A stretch of DNA of 64,000 bases from Macrostomum lignano. Lineage: Eukaryota. The stretch lies in assembly GCA_002269645.1 (NCBI GenBank), contig NIVC01000553.1, positions 218,554 through 282,553 on the forward strand. Direction: 5' to 3'. Positions 10,630 through 26,419 of this stretch are shown here, in pieces (the first letter of the stretch is position 1; each line of letters starts with the position of its first letter). The position numbers and the translations under genes were made by a program. The notes under the pieces are model-generated. The model was not told where the DNA came from, did no database searches, and was given only the letters and a program-made list of their open reading frames with translations.

Positions 10630-11320
10630 ATGGAGGGAATAGGGGGAGAGAGTGATGGAGAGTATGAGAGAGGGAGAAGGGGAGAGAGAGTGAGGGAGAG
10701 TATGAGAGAGGGAGAGAGGGAGAGAGGGAGAGAGAGTGAGGGAGGGTATTAGAGAGGGAAAGAGGGAGAGAGAGTGAGGGAGGGTATTAGAGAGGGAGAG
10801 AGGGAGAGAGAGTGAGGGAGGGTATTAGAGAGGGAGAGAGGGAGAGAGAGTGAGGGAGGGTATTAGAGAGGGAGAGAGGGAGAGAGAGTGAGGGAGGGTA
10901 TTAGAGAGGGAGAGAGGGAGAGAGAGTGAGGGAGGGTATTAGAGAGGGAGAGAGGGAGAGAGAGTGAGGGAGGGTATTAGAGAGGGAGAGAGGGAGAGAG
11001 AGTGAGGGAGGGTATTAGAGAGGGAGAGAGGGAGAGAGAGTGAGGGAGGGTATTAGAGAGGGAGAGAGGGAGAGAGAGTGAGGGAGGGTATTAGAGAGGG
11101 AAAGAGGGAGAGAGAGTGAGGGAGGGTATTAGAGAGGGAGAGAGGGAGAGAGAGTGAGGGAGGGTATTAGAGAGGGAGAGAGGGAGAGAGAGTGAGGGAG
11201 GGTATTAGAGAGGGAGAGAGGGAGAGAGTGAGGGAGAATATGAGAGAGGAAGAGAGGGAGAGAGAGTGAGGGAGAATATGAGAGAGGGAGAAGGGGAGAG
11301 AGAGTGAGGGAGAAGGGGGA
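10630..11320. repeat. 38-bp purine-rich minisatellite (GAGGGAGGGTATTAGAGAGGGAGAGAGGGAGAGAGAGT)n
   Basis: Direct. Confidence 0.95.
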
Positions 11321-11600
11321 ATGAAAACTATGAGCTTCCTCACTCTCCCCTTCTCTCAGGGCATGTGACTAAAGAAGCCCTACGCTCCACAATTATCCCC
11401 TTGAAGCTCAATAGTCTACGAAATTTCTTCCCGAAGAAAAATAACAACAGCTCGGCGCTATTTTAAGCAAGCAGATTTTTTATTACCTACGAGCGTATTA
11501 GTAAACAGCCGAAGCCTGTAAAAGATTCGACCTTAAACGAAGGTGATTACTCCAGGGCTAGAAATTAATTTAGCGTAGTGGACAATTTCACACAACCGGC

Positions 11601-11890
11601 GAGAGGCATTGCTGCCCATTCCGCCGACTCCCCTGAGCAGGTACACAAGCGCGCGGATACGTACGCAGGCACATACTCACACAGGAGTGTACAGCGGCCC
11701 TAACTTTATTTATTGTTAGGCATGTACACTTCACTGTGCCTTGGGGGTTGGTCCTCAAGACTGTTAATTGCACGAGCAGAGCCAAGCCGAGATTCCAATT
11801 TAGCCTCAAATTAATGTGACTGCACTTGGAATCGAGCCTGGGCCGCTGGCACGTGAGAGCGCGGCGCAGGACCACTGGGCTACGGCCCTC
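11601..11890 (-). mobile_element. tRNA-headed SINE family A, copy 1
   Basis: Reverse complement begins GGCCGTAGCCCAGTGG (A-box-like) ..GCTCGATTCC (B-box-like); clearly homologous to 52672-52941 over about 250 bp. Confidence 0.8.
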
Positions 11891-12049
11891 GGATAACTTA
11901 CGAGTGTTTTTTTCATGGATAGAATGCATGAGATGCAATCCTACGAACGCGCAGCCCTGAATTTGGGTTTATGCCATAGACTAATTCGGTCGAGAATACG
12001 CTAGCGATACAACAAATATACATTCCTTACCGACCTCCAACTCCAACTC

Positions 12050-12185
12050 ATTTCTAAGGAAACTCCGAATCATTTCTAAGAAAACCCTGGCTTATTTCTA
12101 AGAAAACTACGCTTATTTCTAAAAAATCCGACTTACTCTTAAGAAAACGATGACTCATTTCTAAGAAAACTCCGAATCATTTTCG
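12050..12185. repeat. Degenerate ~22-bp repeat (TCATTTCTAAGAAAACTCCGAA)
   Basis: 5-6 diverged copies. Confidence 0.7.
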
Positions 12186-13386
12186 GAGACGGAGAGGAAA
12201 GACTAGATTGACGAGAAAAGAATGAGAGAGCAATAATTAGTGAGAGAGAAAATAGGAGGGGGCAAGTTAGACATAGAGAGAAACAGAAAGTGGGAGACTA
12301 GAGAAGGGATTAAAGAGAAAAATTAGGCAGATAGAAGGGAAAGAGGGAAGCTTGGAGACGGGGAATGAAAAAAAGTGAAATTAGAGACAGCGGAGTGGAG
12401 ACGAGGAATTTGAGATGGAATATTAGAGACAGGGGATTAAAGAATGAGGATTAGAGACATTGGATTAAAGGAGGATTAGAGACAGGGGATTAGAGAAGGA
12501 GGATTAGAGACAGGGGATTAAAGAAGGAGGATTAGAGACAGGGGATTGGGGGATTAGCGAGGTGGATAAGAGAAGGGATTAGTGAGAGAGAGGAAGGTGA
12601 GAAAGGCATAAGCGAGTGTTAAAAAAGAGTCGCAGTAAACTGTAAATTTGCACTGGAATCTTCCATCACAACTCCGCTAGTTAATAATTAGCAATTCCTA
12701 TTGTCAGAATTTTGCACACAAAGGCAAGAGCTTTTGGAAAATTTGAATGGCATGCAATTTATGGTTTGTTTCCATTTGACTCACAGACGCACAGCTTATG
12801 ACACAAGCACGCACACTAGCTCTTATTCTTTCGAATATCTTTCGCTTAGCTCCTGCAAATTAATTATTTAGACAGAGAACAAAAGCAGCGTGGAAATTGC
12901 AGTATTGGATACAACGTGGTGCTTAGCCATATGGGGTGAGATCTGTAATACAATTGGCAGCTCTACTTCTTTTCCTCTGTCCCTCTCTACCCTCTTTCCC
13001 CCCTCTTATGCACGTTGGCTCTGCACCACTGCTGCAATTGGCCAATCAGACCTTGGAAGAGACGGTTTTAACTGACGGGCGCATCTTTTTATTAACGAAC
13101 AACTACCGTTGCCCGAAACTTCTAGCCAACTAGAGCATTTCCATCCATTGCAACTGCTCCGTTCATTCTATCTGTTCTACTCATTGCTTCCATCTTTTGA
13201 AGTATATATTAACTATAGTCGTGAAAAGCACAGCAAAATACGATTTCTCTTCACATATTCACGCCAGAATTCAGCTGTCCTGCTGTTCTGCTTTGACTAT
13301 TTTGGCAAGGAGTGCTCTGTACTGACGGTTGCATTCTGCAGGTAAGGGCTTGAAGCTGTTTATAGGTGCCAGATAAAGTATTTTTT

Positions 13387-15141
<1,755 letters not shown>

Positions 15142-15578
15142 TTCCCAAGCTGCAGCAGTGGTATTCAGCCTCTCCATTCCGCATCCCCTGCAGTTTTACA
15201 ATCTGTCAGAGTACACTATTGCTCAGTCAACACTCATAGATGCGGTCAGTCAATCTAAATGGTAAAATATATTATGCATGACCTTTCTGGTCAGGAAATA
15301 TCCTAATTAAATTCGTCTAAAGGTAGACAATAAAAGATAAACTTCGATAATTATTACTGATCAGATGTTTCATAGATTCAATGCATGCAAGATTAAATTA
15401 TGGCACTGTATTTGATCTCGTAAAATGTAACCAAATGTTTGAATACATCAATCAAAAATCATACATCCGAACAAAACTGCTGCAACACACCCCTAGAAGA
15501 ACAGTTGCGAGTCTTTGCAAGCGACACTCTCGCGAAGTTGAGCTCTACCAGCAGCAGCAGGAGCAGAAATCTCTAACC

Positions 15579-15683
15579 ATGAACAGCAGTGGGGAAAACG
15601 GCGCAGACGCTCGCAGCAGCCTTGGCGTCCCCGACATCCTCATTGAGCATGTGGACTTAGTTGACAGCGCCGAACTGCATCAG
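15579..15683 (+). CDS. Candidate upstream/alternative first exon of the AMPK gamma gene (MNSSGENG...DSAELHQ)
   Basis: GC-rich ATG-initiated segment ending at CAG|GTGAGA, phase 0. Confidence 0.4.
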
Positions 15684-15759
15684 GTGAGAGAGAGTGCGCT
15701 TGCATGCTCATGTCTCAGCAAATTGCGCAACAGCGTAATGCAGATGTAGATAAGAGAAA

Positions 15760-16880
15760 GTGAAAGATGAGAAAAAATAGGAGAGAGTAAAAATATTGAG
15801 AGGGAGATGTGAGAGAGAAAAGAGGAGAGAGAGGTGAGAGGAGAGAAGAGAGGAGAGAGGATAAAGGAGAGAGGGACAGGAGAGAGAAGAGAGGTAAGGG
15901 GAGAGGAGAGAGGAGAGAGAGAGAGTAGAGAAGATAGAGGAGAGCAGAAAGAGAAGAGAGAACAGAGGGGAGAGAAGAGAGAACAGAGGGGAGAGAAGAG
16001 AGAACAGAGGGGAGAGAAGAGAGAACAGAGGGGAGAGAAGAGAGAACAGAGGGGAGAGAAGAGAGAACATAGGGGAGAGAAGAGAGAACATAGGGGAGAG
16101 AAGAGAGAACATAGGGGAGAGAAGAGAGAACAGAGGGGAGAGAACAGAGAACAGAGGGGAGAGAACAGAGAACAGAGGGGAGAGAAGAGAGAACAGAGGG
16201 GAGAGAACAGAGAACAGAGGGGAGAGAAGAGAGAACAGAGGGTAGAGAAGAGAGAACAGAGGGGAGAGAAGAGAGAACAGAGGGGAGAGAAGAGAGAACA
16301 TAGGGGAGAGAAGAGTGAACATAGGGGAGAGAAGAGAGAACAGAGGGTAGAGAAGAGAGAACAGAGGGGAGAGAAGAGAGAACAGAGGGGAGAGAAGAGA
16401 GAACATAGGGGAGAGAAGAGTGAACATAGGGGAGAGAAGAGAGAACAGAGGGGAGAGAAGAGAGAACATAGGGGAGAGAAGAGTGAACATAGGGGAGAGA
16501 AGAGAGAACAGAGGGTAGAGAAGAGAGAACAGAGGGAGAGAAGAGAGAACAGAGGGGAGAGAAGAGAGAACATAGGGGAGAGAAGAGTGAACATAGGGGA
16601 GAGAAGAGAGAACAGAGGGGAGAGAAGAGAGAACATAGGGGAGAGAAGAGTGAACATAGGGGAGAGAAGAGAGAACAGAGGGTAGAGAAGAGAGAACAGA
16701 GGGGAGAGAACAGAGAACAGAGGGGAGAGAACAGAGAACAGAGGGGAGAGAAGAGAGAACAGAGGGGAGAGAAGAGAGAACAGAGGGGAGAGAAGAGAGA
16801 ACAGAGGGGAGAGAAGAGAGAACAGAGGGGAGAGACGGGAGAGACGGGTAAGTGACGGGAGAGGCAGTGAGCAGATGAGT
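15760..16880. repeat. Purine-rich ~21-bp minisatellite (GAGAACAGAGGGGAGAGAAGA)n
   Basis: Direct. Confidence 0.95.
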
Positions 16881-17444
16881 AAGAAGAGGTCAATAATTCA
16901 GGAAAAAGATGCCAGGAATATTAACCAAAATTAGCGCCAATTTCCAAAAAGCGATCCATGGATGCTCCCATCCCATCGCGTGTGCCTCGGGGATTGCCCC
17001 GCCTCCATCGCATATCTTTAAGCACTTTTGTGCCGTTGCCTTTCTGTACGCTGAAATGAAAAAAATTTCTGTCGAAGTACTTCCTCTCATCCCGCTCTAA
17101 GAAATTTCCAGTCTGAAATTTTGAGTAGAAACAGACTTGATGATTGCTATAATGCGCATATTCTACTCTCGTGTGACGGCCGTTAAAACGTTGATAGCAC
17201 AGATGAAGGAATAGGCTTTTAGTGCAGCAAAATAATTGGCTTATGAAGTTTAGTGATGAAAAACCGCCTTTCATAGCTAGAGCTTCTGATTATTTATAAC
17301 GGGCATAGTATATTATTTTCTCATAGATGAGAAGCATCTGGCGCGCAAAATTCTTCCAAATTTAGAAGGGCTTGAAAGATATTTAGCTTGCTAAATACTG
17401 ACTGCTATACAATCAATGCTGATTTTTCCAAGGGTTTGATTCAT

Positions 17445-18400
17445 TCTCTCCTTCTACCCTCTTCTTCTACCCTCTCCTTCTACCCTCTCCTTCTACCCTC
17501 TCCTTCTACCCTCTCCTTCTACCCTCTCCTTCTACCCTCTCCTTCTACCCTCTCCTTCTACCCTCTCCTTCTACCCTCTCCTTCTACCCTCTCCTTCTAC
17601 CCTCTCCTTCTACCCTCTTCTTCTACCCTCTCCTTCTACCCTCTCCTTCTACCCTCTCCTTCTACCCTCTCCTTCTACCCTCTCCTTCTACCCTCTCCTT
17701 CTATCCTCTCCTTCTACCCTCTCCTTCTACCCTATCCTTCTACCTTCTCCTTCTACCCTCTCCTTCTACCCTCTCCATCTACCCTCTCTTTCTACCCTCT
17801 CCTTCTACCCTCTCCTTCTACCCTCTCCTTCTACCCTCTCCTTCTACCCTCTCCTTCTACCCTCTCCTTCTACCCTCTCCTTCTACCCTCTCCTTCTACC
17901 CTCTCCTTCTACCCTCTCCTTCTACCCTCTCCTTCTATCCTCTCCTTCTACCCTCTCCTTCTACCCTATCCTTCTACCTTCTCCTTCTACCCTCTCCTTC
18001 TACCCTCTCCATCTACCCTCTCTTTCTACCCTCTCCTTCTACCCTCTCCTTCTACCCTCTCCTTCTACCCTCTCCTTCTACCCTCTCCTTCTACCCTCTC
18101 CTTCTACCCTCTCCTTCTACCCTCTCCTTCTAACCTCTCCTTCTACCCTCTCCTTCTACCCTCTCCTTCTACCCTCTCCTTCTACCCTCTCCTTCTACCC
18201 TCTCCTTCTACCCTCTCCTTCTACCCTCTCTTTCTACCCTCTCCTTCTACCCTCTCCTTCTACCCTCTCCTTCTACCCTCTCCTTCTACCCTCTCCTTCT
18301 ACCCTCTCCTTCTACCCTCTCCTTCTACCCTCTCCTTCTACCCTCTTCTTCTACCCTCTTCTTCCACCCGCTCCTTCTACCCTCTCCTACTCCACCTTTT
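17445..18400. repeat. 13-bp pyrimidine repeat (CCTCTCCTTCTAC)n
   Basis: Direct. Confidence 0.95.
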
Positions 18401-19088
18401 CTTCTACTTTCTCCTTTATTTCAATTTTCCCCAGCGTTTATCCGGCTCTGAGGGGGATATTTGGGGCCAGTGCCCGCGCACTTCAACAATCACGCTGACA
18501 AAAAGCCTTCATTAATTTATTCAGCACTATCGCAAGTCTAAGCATGCAAGCACGATCGGGCCGGAACAGGCCACTTCCGGTGTGGTTGGCGGCAGGCCCA
18601 GGGGTCGAAGCTTCACGCCGTTTCTCGTGAGTTCCGCTTCTTGTACAACATTTGATTGCTTGGTACAACAGTAGCTGTGGTTTCACAGATAAATGGATAG
18701 GTTTACAAACTGAGAAATTGACCTATTGATAAGTTGACCTATTGATAAACTGATATTTTGTAAGTTGATTCATTGATTAGTTGACCTATTGATAAACTGA
18801 TATTTTGTAAGTTGATTCATTGATTAGTTGACCTATTGATAAGTTGACCAAGGGATGAAAACTCTGAAACGATAGTTTTTCTAAGAAAATGTGACAAGTC
18901 GCTGCAGGTTAACAGAGAATCGCGAAACTCTAAATTTCCCTAGAAATCGAGACAGCTATTGTACTTTATGGTCGCACAAATTTACTAAACTCGCAATCTG
19001 TAAAATGCCATTTCGGTAAAATGCTGGATAGTCAGAGCGGTGTATCCAAATCAAATTTACGTGTCGGGAGTCATGGAAGAGAAGGCGG

Positions 19089-19817
<729 letters not shown>

Positions 19818-20270
19818 GAGTATTATATTCAGTCAATGCTATTGTTTACATCTAGTTTTGGAAAATTAGAAAAATCATAGCTTCTTGTGCTTAGCAATGG
19901 TTTATACGATTATTCAGTTAATATTTAGCAAAGTCCCACTTTATTCTCTAGGCCGGGTTATACATTTGTACAGTCTGCATGTACCTGTATCTCACGCATG
20001 CATGCAGTCTGTTTCTGTTTTTCTGTCTCAGCCTTATCTATTTTTTTCTCGCAAAATCCAGCACTGCCAGCCGACATATCTGACATCTACAATCTCTCTC
20101 TGTTTATATAATATTAGAGCGCGCCCTGCCTGCACCTTCTCAGATTAAAGCTGCACACTGAAAAAGTTGAAAAAAATTGCTCATAATTTATTCGCACGAT
20201 TTCGAACTTAAAACTCGCGCGATACTCTAAGCCGCTAAAGGCGTCGTCGTAAGTTGCTTAGCTAGCTGCC

Positions 20271-20570
20271 ATGTCTTCCACATCAGCGACTAGTGGCAGT
20301 TTCTCAACCGATTCTTCGAGTAGGGAGCGACTTTACGCCAAAAATCCCGGCACCAACTCCAACAGTAGCGGTGGCTTTAGCCGTCTATGGTCAAATTTCA
20401 CTAAAGCGCCGTTTTCCTCGGCAAACGCAGCCGCGGGCGCTGGCGGGCGTCGTGCCAGGCTGATTCGGAGCAGAAAAGGGTATTCAACTGGGGATCCGCC
20501 TAGCCAGCAGGATCTTGTGGTACCGCAGAAATATTTATTCGGCACTGGTGGTCGTGGTGGCGATGCTGAG
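20271..20570 (+). CDS. Candidate alternative first exon of the AMPK gamma gene (MSSTSATSG...GGDAE)
   Basis: GC-rich ORF with gccATG context ending at GAG|GTAAGA, phase 0; Ser-rich like the other N-terminal exons. Confidence 0.6.
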
Positions 20571-21649
20571 GTAAGACATGTAGTTAGACTAAATAGCAAA
20601 AGATGCCAAGTCCCAAACAAGTAGTCTCTTAATCTTTGATTTCAATAAACATACATGTATTCTATTCGCTTACTAAAACGTTCTAAAAGTTTCTCACATA
20701 CATAAGCGAGACGCGTACAGTCCGCATATTTTATGCTTGCTCATTAAGTTAATTGATGCCATAAATTTATGGTTGCTATATGAAAGCTTATAAAACGATC
20801 CTAGCCATAGTACGTGTCTGAAAATATGCACATGTATTAACGGTTTCGAATAGCCTGCCTGATACTAGACACTGTGTGATAACAGGTCAAAGTGTCTTAC
20901 TTGAATGTTTTGAATAATTTCGGTTTGGTAGCTCGAATAGATTTTATTCTCCTTTTTGCACTGCCAGTAAGAAAATTCAAATTCGGGCCAGATATGTTTT
21001 TGCTTCATGTTGGGTATTCATGTTGGGTATTTTAGTGGTTTACTTAGCTGCATGTGTGCATATTTAAATTGTCTTTGATAACCAAACGATAAGGTTCTAT
21101 TTCCCTTGCTGTATCATGATTAGATTTTCTCAGGAAAAATGTTTAGATTGAGAGCTATGAACTGCTTGAACAACGGTTCGTTCTCCAATTCGTTGTTTCT
21201 TTGTTTTCTAATTTATCTACTTATAGTAGCCCGGTTTGATAACTTCGATCACTATTTTCACCGTGAAATAAGTGTAATGTATTTATTGTATAGATGTAGT
21301 CTGTAGAATATCGCAAAATCATACATTATTAAAGTAATTCCTGTTAAGGGCATACACATAAAAATGGATTCTTGACCAAATTGACGCTAGAACGGAACGG
21401 GATTGTCTCGTGAAAGCGTGGTATCATAGGACGCCAATCTATTTAAATTTTTAGTTTTTTAGAAACACTCTTCACTACTGGGCTGTACTGCCAACATCTG
21501 CCGTGCCTGCCCAAGAGAAACTGTTTTGTCTGATGTGAAATTTCCACTCACTTAAATCGAAGCTAGCCCCTAGTGAATTATCATTTGACGTACCAAATTT
21601 GCAAAATATTCATTTGAACTCATACAGAGTCGGAGGTTGGCTAAGCACT

Positions 21650-21898
21650 ATGGAAAATGAATTCACGAACCTTACTTACCCACACGGTTATTCGAAGCAA
21701 GATGTATGCAACATCAAGAGAGAAATATTCCTATTAGGAAACAGACGCTTAGACACTTCTCTAGAAGTTTTTGAAGAAACAGACCACCCATGTGCCTCAA
21801 ATATGGCTCAAGACTCTCGACGGGTTAGTCAAGAGGAACCTACTGTAGCTTTGACGACTACCAATGAAAGTAAAGATAATGGTTGTGGAAGCAAACTG
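21650..21898 (+). CDS. Weak candidate exon (MENEFTNL...CGSKL)
   Basis: Open frame ending at CTG|GTGAGT, phase 0, but AT-rich unlike the other exons. Confidence 0.25.
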
Positions 21899-22784
21899 GT
21901 GAGTTTAAAACCACAGCATTCGATATTCGATTATAAAACTAAAAAACCCTAATTTTTCTTTTTTATGAAGCAGTTATTTAAACAATTACTTGTCTTATCT
22001 TCAAAAATATTCATTTTTATTAACCATTTAGATATAAACTTATTTAATATTCCTTAACACAGAAACTGCCTACTGGAATAAGTAGTATACTGTTAGAAAA
22101 AATATATTTGTAGGTTAAAAATTCTGGTAAATAAAATGTTTTTATTAAAGTTATATTTCCAACTTTCATTTTCAAATATTGCTGTCTTTAAGATAATATC
22201 TATAAAAAATGTATTACCATAAATATGCTTAAACCTTTTTTCTGTGTGTTAGAAATTCTGAAGGTTCAGTTTATTTATTAAAATTATTACAAATTAACTA
22301 AATCATAGACAGCCTTATAAATAGAGCTTTAGTTATGTTAGTATTAATGTAGTAGAATTTAATTAATCCTAAAGTTAATAAAAGACCATTTTCAACTATA
22401 TCAGTATATTTATAAAGCTATATTCTATCTAAATAATTTTACCTGTGTAGCATAGCATGTAGCATCAGAGTGAGTGATTTATATATCAATAGATAAATTA
22501 ATTTGCTGCCACACAAGAATGCTGGTCAGTTTCTGTGAGCTGCATTTCCATCCATTGTTCCAGTGTCAGCTGAGTAGCCCCAGCATCAGCCAGGCTGTTG
22601 TTTTTATGTGAATCCAACCAGCCATTAGGGGTTAGGCATTAAACATAACTGTTTAAGTTTGCAAGAAAACTTGCCTGTACAATACACCACAATGACACAC
22701 AAGCTTGCATTGACATTGTAGACCAAATAGTGAAATCGTGTTTTGTTTCTTGCAAAAAATCTGCCTATTGGTACCCTTGATTGT

Positions 22785-23123
<339 letters not shown>

Positions 23124-23772
23124 CTACTCGCACTGATTGCTAAATATAGAACCCCTAAACCATTGCTCTTGTTTATAACTTAGCTGCGAGCATAACCTGA
23201 AACCTTCTCTTCTTACCCAACTTACCCAAATAACCCCGTTTCTCACTTATTTCGCATCCGTTCGCGCTTCTAGCACTGTTGGTCAGAGGCTCAAATGTAC
23301 TACTATTAGCCCTAGCAACTCAAACAGATCTCTCTGGTCAAGCAAATCTGCACGGCAATCTGCTTTAAAAAATGTACTAATAGATTCAGTGCTGCAGAAA
23401 TTAGACAGAGAGAGAGAGAGAGAGAAATGGCCAGAAAGGGAATGAAAAGCCAACAAAAACAACAGCCTGTCATTGGTTCACTCGCCCAGACGCCACCCCT
23501 GACAGAAAGTACAGAGGCTCATGCTCTCTCCCCCCCTCTCGCTAAACCCGTCCCAGTTCGTCCACTGTGGCTAATTTCTAATTTCTCTCTCCTATTTCTC
23601 TCTACACCTTAATATATATAAATATAAACACTGGAGAAGTCCTCAGGACTCAACGATTTTCAATTATAAAAATCCTATTTGACTCCGTTGGGAAGAGAAC
23701 TCATAACGCGATAGAAATCTTCACTGACGGAACTACGGATCGGGTCTATACATCACTAAGTGTCTTATTCAG

Positions 23773-24263
23773 CCCTAAACCTGGAGTCCTCAAAAGAGTT
23801 TGTCGACAGTCAACACGCTGTCGAATCGGACAGCGTATTCGACTTGCCGGACATCAGCGAGTTTCCATCGACATTGCCCGGAGCTGGCAGTCGAGGCCAG
23901 TCGCATCGTCTCTCAGGCGACAGCGGCATCGGCGAGGAGCTCTCGGCCATCAAGCGTCGTCGACGAAGGAACAGCTCGATGCAACAGAAGCAGCAGAATT
24001 GGCGCCGGCGCACCCGCAGTCAGGACGATAGATATTCGTCCACTGACGTGTCGTCAGCCGCTGAAGCTGCTGCCAACGAAGAGCGTCGAAGCACAGTTGG
24101 GAGTATTGGCAACGAGCTGCGGTCTTTGTTCCGCTTTGGCGGCGGCGCTGGTTCGAGTCTTGCTAATCGGTTGGGCGCTTCCTATCGTCGACTGTCTAAA
24201 AGTCGACGAAGCACGCAACGCAGTCAGTCTATCGCCGAGGAGGATGAGTATCACTGCGAGCAG
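23773..24263 (+). CDS. Candidate N-terminal exon of the AMPK gamma gene (Ser/Arg-rich, ...DSGIGEELS..RRRRR..EYHCEQ)
   Basis: GC-rich open frame; acceptor TTATTCAG| (phase 1); donor CAG|GTCAGC, phase 0, matching the phase-0 acceptor at 44854. Confidence 0.65.
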
Positions 24264-24275
24264 GTCAGCGTTGGG

Positions 24276-24741
24276 TAGGGGTGTTGGGGTTCGGGGTAGG
24301 GTGTTAGGGTCGGGTTTTCGGGGTTTTCGGGTTCAAAGGAAAAATAACCTTTAGCTATTATAAAAGTAAATTTCTCCTAATGTCGTTTTGTAACGCTTTT
24401 TAAGTATAAAAAAGGTGAATATTTAGGTAAACCTTTGGATAAGTGGATGTTAAAGTAGACCTTAAGAATGAGGATTCAAATTATAGAGAGGAGAGGAGTG
24501 AAGACTTGAGATTGCTAGCTGATGACTAGAAAAGGAGTTAAGGAGTCAGGACTGCAAATGAGAACGAGAAGTAGACTACTAGAGGTACTTCAGGACGAGT
24601 AACTCCCTTCAGTCGTCACGCTTCGAAAAAAGATCATCACAGAAAGCCTGAGATGAAGCGTTCTCTTTTCAGGGAAGTTCGGGTCGGGTCGGGTCGGGTT
24701 AAACCCCGAACCCGGAAAAAATGGAAACCCGAACACCCCTA
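24276..24741. mobile_element. Non-autonomous hAT-like MITE
   Basis: TIRs TAGGGGTGTT / AACACCCCTA, subterminal TTCGGG/CCCGAA repeats, 8-bp flanks GCGTTGGG vs GCCTTGGT (6/8 match). Confidence 0.65.
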
Positions 24742-24922
24742 GCCTTGGTTAGTTGAAGTTCGAAGTTGACATTTTTTATTATCCAAAATACGGAATGTAC
24801 CACATGGTAACTTGCTTCAAAGTCAGTTAAAGCAGTCTTACAGGGCATTCCTCAAGCAGAATTTAGCTATACTCAGTGCAGTGATACCGCTGTTTCAGGG
24901 TAAAATGGTTGTTTAGCAGAGA

Positions 24923-25120
24923 GGGGACTGTAGCCTAGTGGTCAGAGCGGCGGACTCATGACTTGAAGGTCGGGGGTTCGATTCCCGACCCCACTGGAAC
25001 CATTTGTGTCCTTGAGCAAGACACTTAATTCTGCATTGCTTCAGTTCAACCAGCTGTAAAATGGGTGCCAGCATTAGCTGGAGTAATTGACCCCCCAGTC
25101 CTTGAACTGAACAGCCGTAC
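24923..25120 (+). mobile_element. tRNA-derived CORE-type SINE
   Basis: A box TAGCCTAGTGG, B box GGTTCGATTCC (24975), then GTGTCCTTGAGCAAGACACTTAA...CAGCTGTAAAATGGG resembling the MIR/CORE central domain. Confidence 0.8.
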
Positions 25121-25574
25121 GCAGCCTTCAGATGTACTTGGATTGGGATTTTGGGATATTTTGTTTTCTCTTTCGAACATTCTTCCGTGAAACTTATTTG
25201 CCTGTCCCTGTGTCTGCTGCCTGTTAGGTAAAAGTCCATTAAGGCTTTTTAGGAAATAGAGATAGGCATGCAGGGACTCGGTTGCGTACAGGTGAGAGGC
25301 TTTTAAGCTGGGGAAAAATAAAAGTACATATTAAGCCGTTCTATGGGATCTATGGGATAGCAGAAGATTGATATACGTTTCAAAGCTAGATTTTTGTGTC
25401 ACGTGCCTTCCCGCAGGATATTTTCTTCCTTCCTCTTTCAGGAATTCCGCTTGTACTTTTGTGCCAACCTTCGGGGGTAGGGGCTTAAGGCTTTTCAAAT
25501 ATAGACTGCCTTTATTTTTTACAAACAGTTTTGTTAAAATTTTCACAGTCTATCATCTCAAGGGGGTCGCTTTC

Positions 25575-25785
25575 ATAAGACCGAGACTTCATAAGACCGA
25601 AACTTCATAAGACAGAAACTTCATAAGACAGAAACTTCATAAGACAGAAACTTCATAAGACAGAAACTTCATAAGACAGAAGCTTCATTAGACAGAAACT
25701 TCATAAGACCGAAACTTCATAAGACCGAAATTTCATAAGACCGAAACTTCATGAGACCGAAACTTCATAAGACCGAAATTTCACA
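25575..25785. repeat. 16-bp minisatellite (ACCGAAACTTCATAAG)n
   Basis: Direct. Confidence 0.9.
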
Positions 25786-26419
25786 TCGTAGAAATCTTCA
25801 TACAACAAGGATCATGCAGAATTTTCAGCGTTGTGAAATTTCGATCTTCTGAAGCCCCCTCTGGGTTGTAAGAGTTAAATTTTTGTTTAATCTCGAGGAA
25901 CTTAACGATCAAATTCTAGTCTAACACACATTCCAGCCTCTGCATTCAATGCTCCATGTTTAATAGAAGCTAGCATTAAATGAAACGTGTTGTTTTTCTT
26001 GTCCGTTCTCTGAGACAGCGTGAGCAGACACATTGCCCTCAACCTCTGTCGCTCTTCACATATCGCCCTGTCTAAACAATATTTTCTTTGGCTTGTTCTG
26101 ATTTATTAATTTAAACTTCTCGTAGTGGTTCTCCTGTTATAGATGAGCTCAGTAAAGATGATGGACTATATGATCCCGAAGTGTAGAGTCTATCCTTTGG
26201 TCTAAAAATAATCCCACAGCATGTGTGTGTTTACTGTTTATCTAGATTTGGCTCGCGCGTCACGGGGGTTGCTTTTTACTGCACATATTGCAATATCAAT
26301 ACGCTTGAGTGAGACTGATACATTAGATATTCAGATTGATTGAGTAGATAGTGAGTTTGATAAATTATTTGTAGAGTACTGGTAAGAATTCATAGCGTAA
26401 AGATTGAGATCCATGGAGT

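Noticed and set aside
24510-24545. CTGATGA-CTA-GAAA hammerhead-like core
   Set aside because: No stem II, and no stem I/III complementarity or NUH site found
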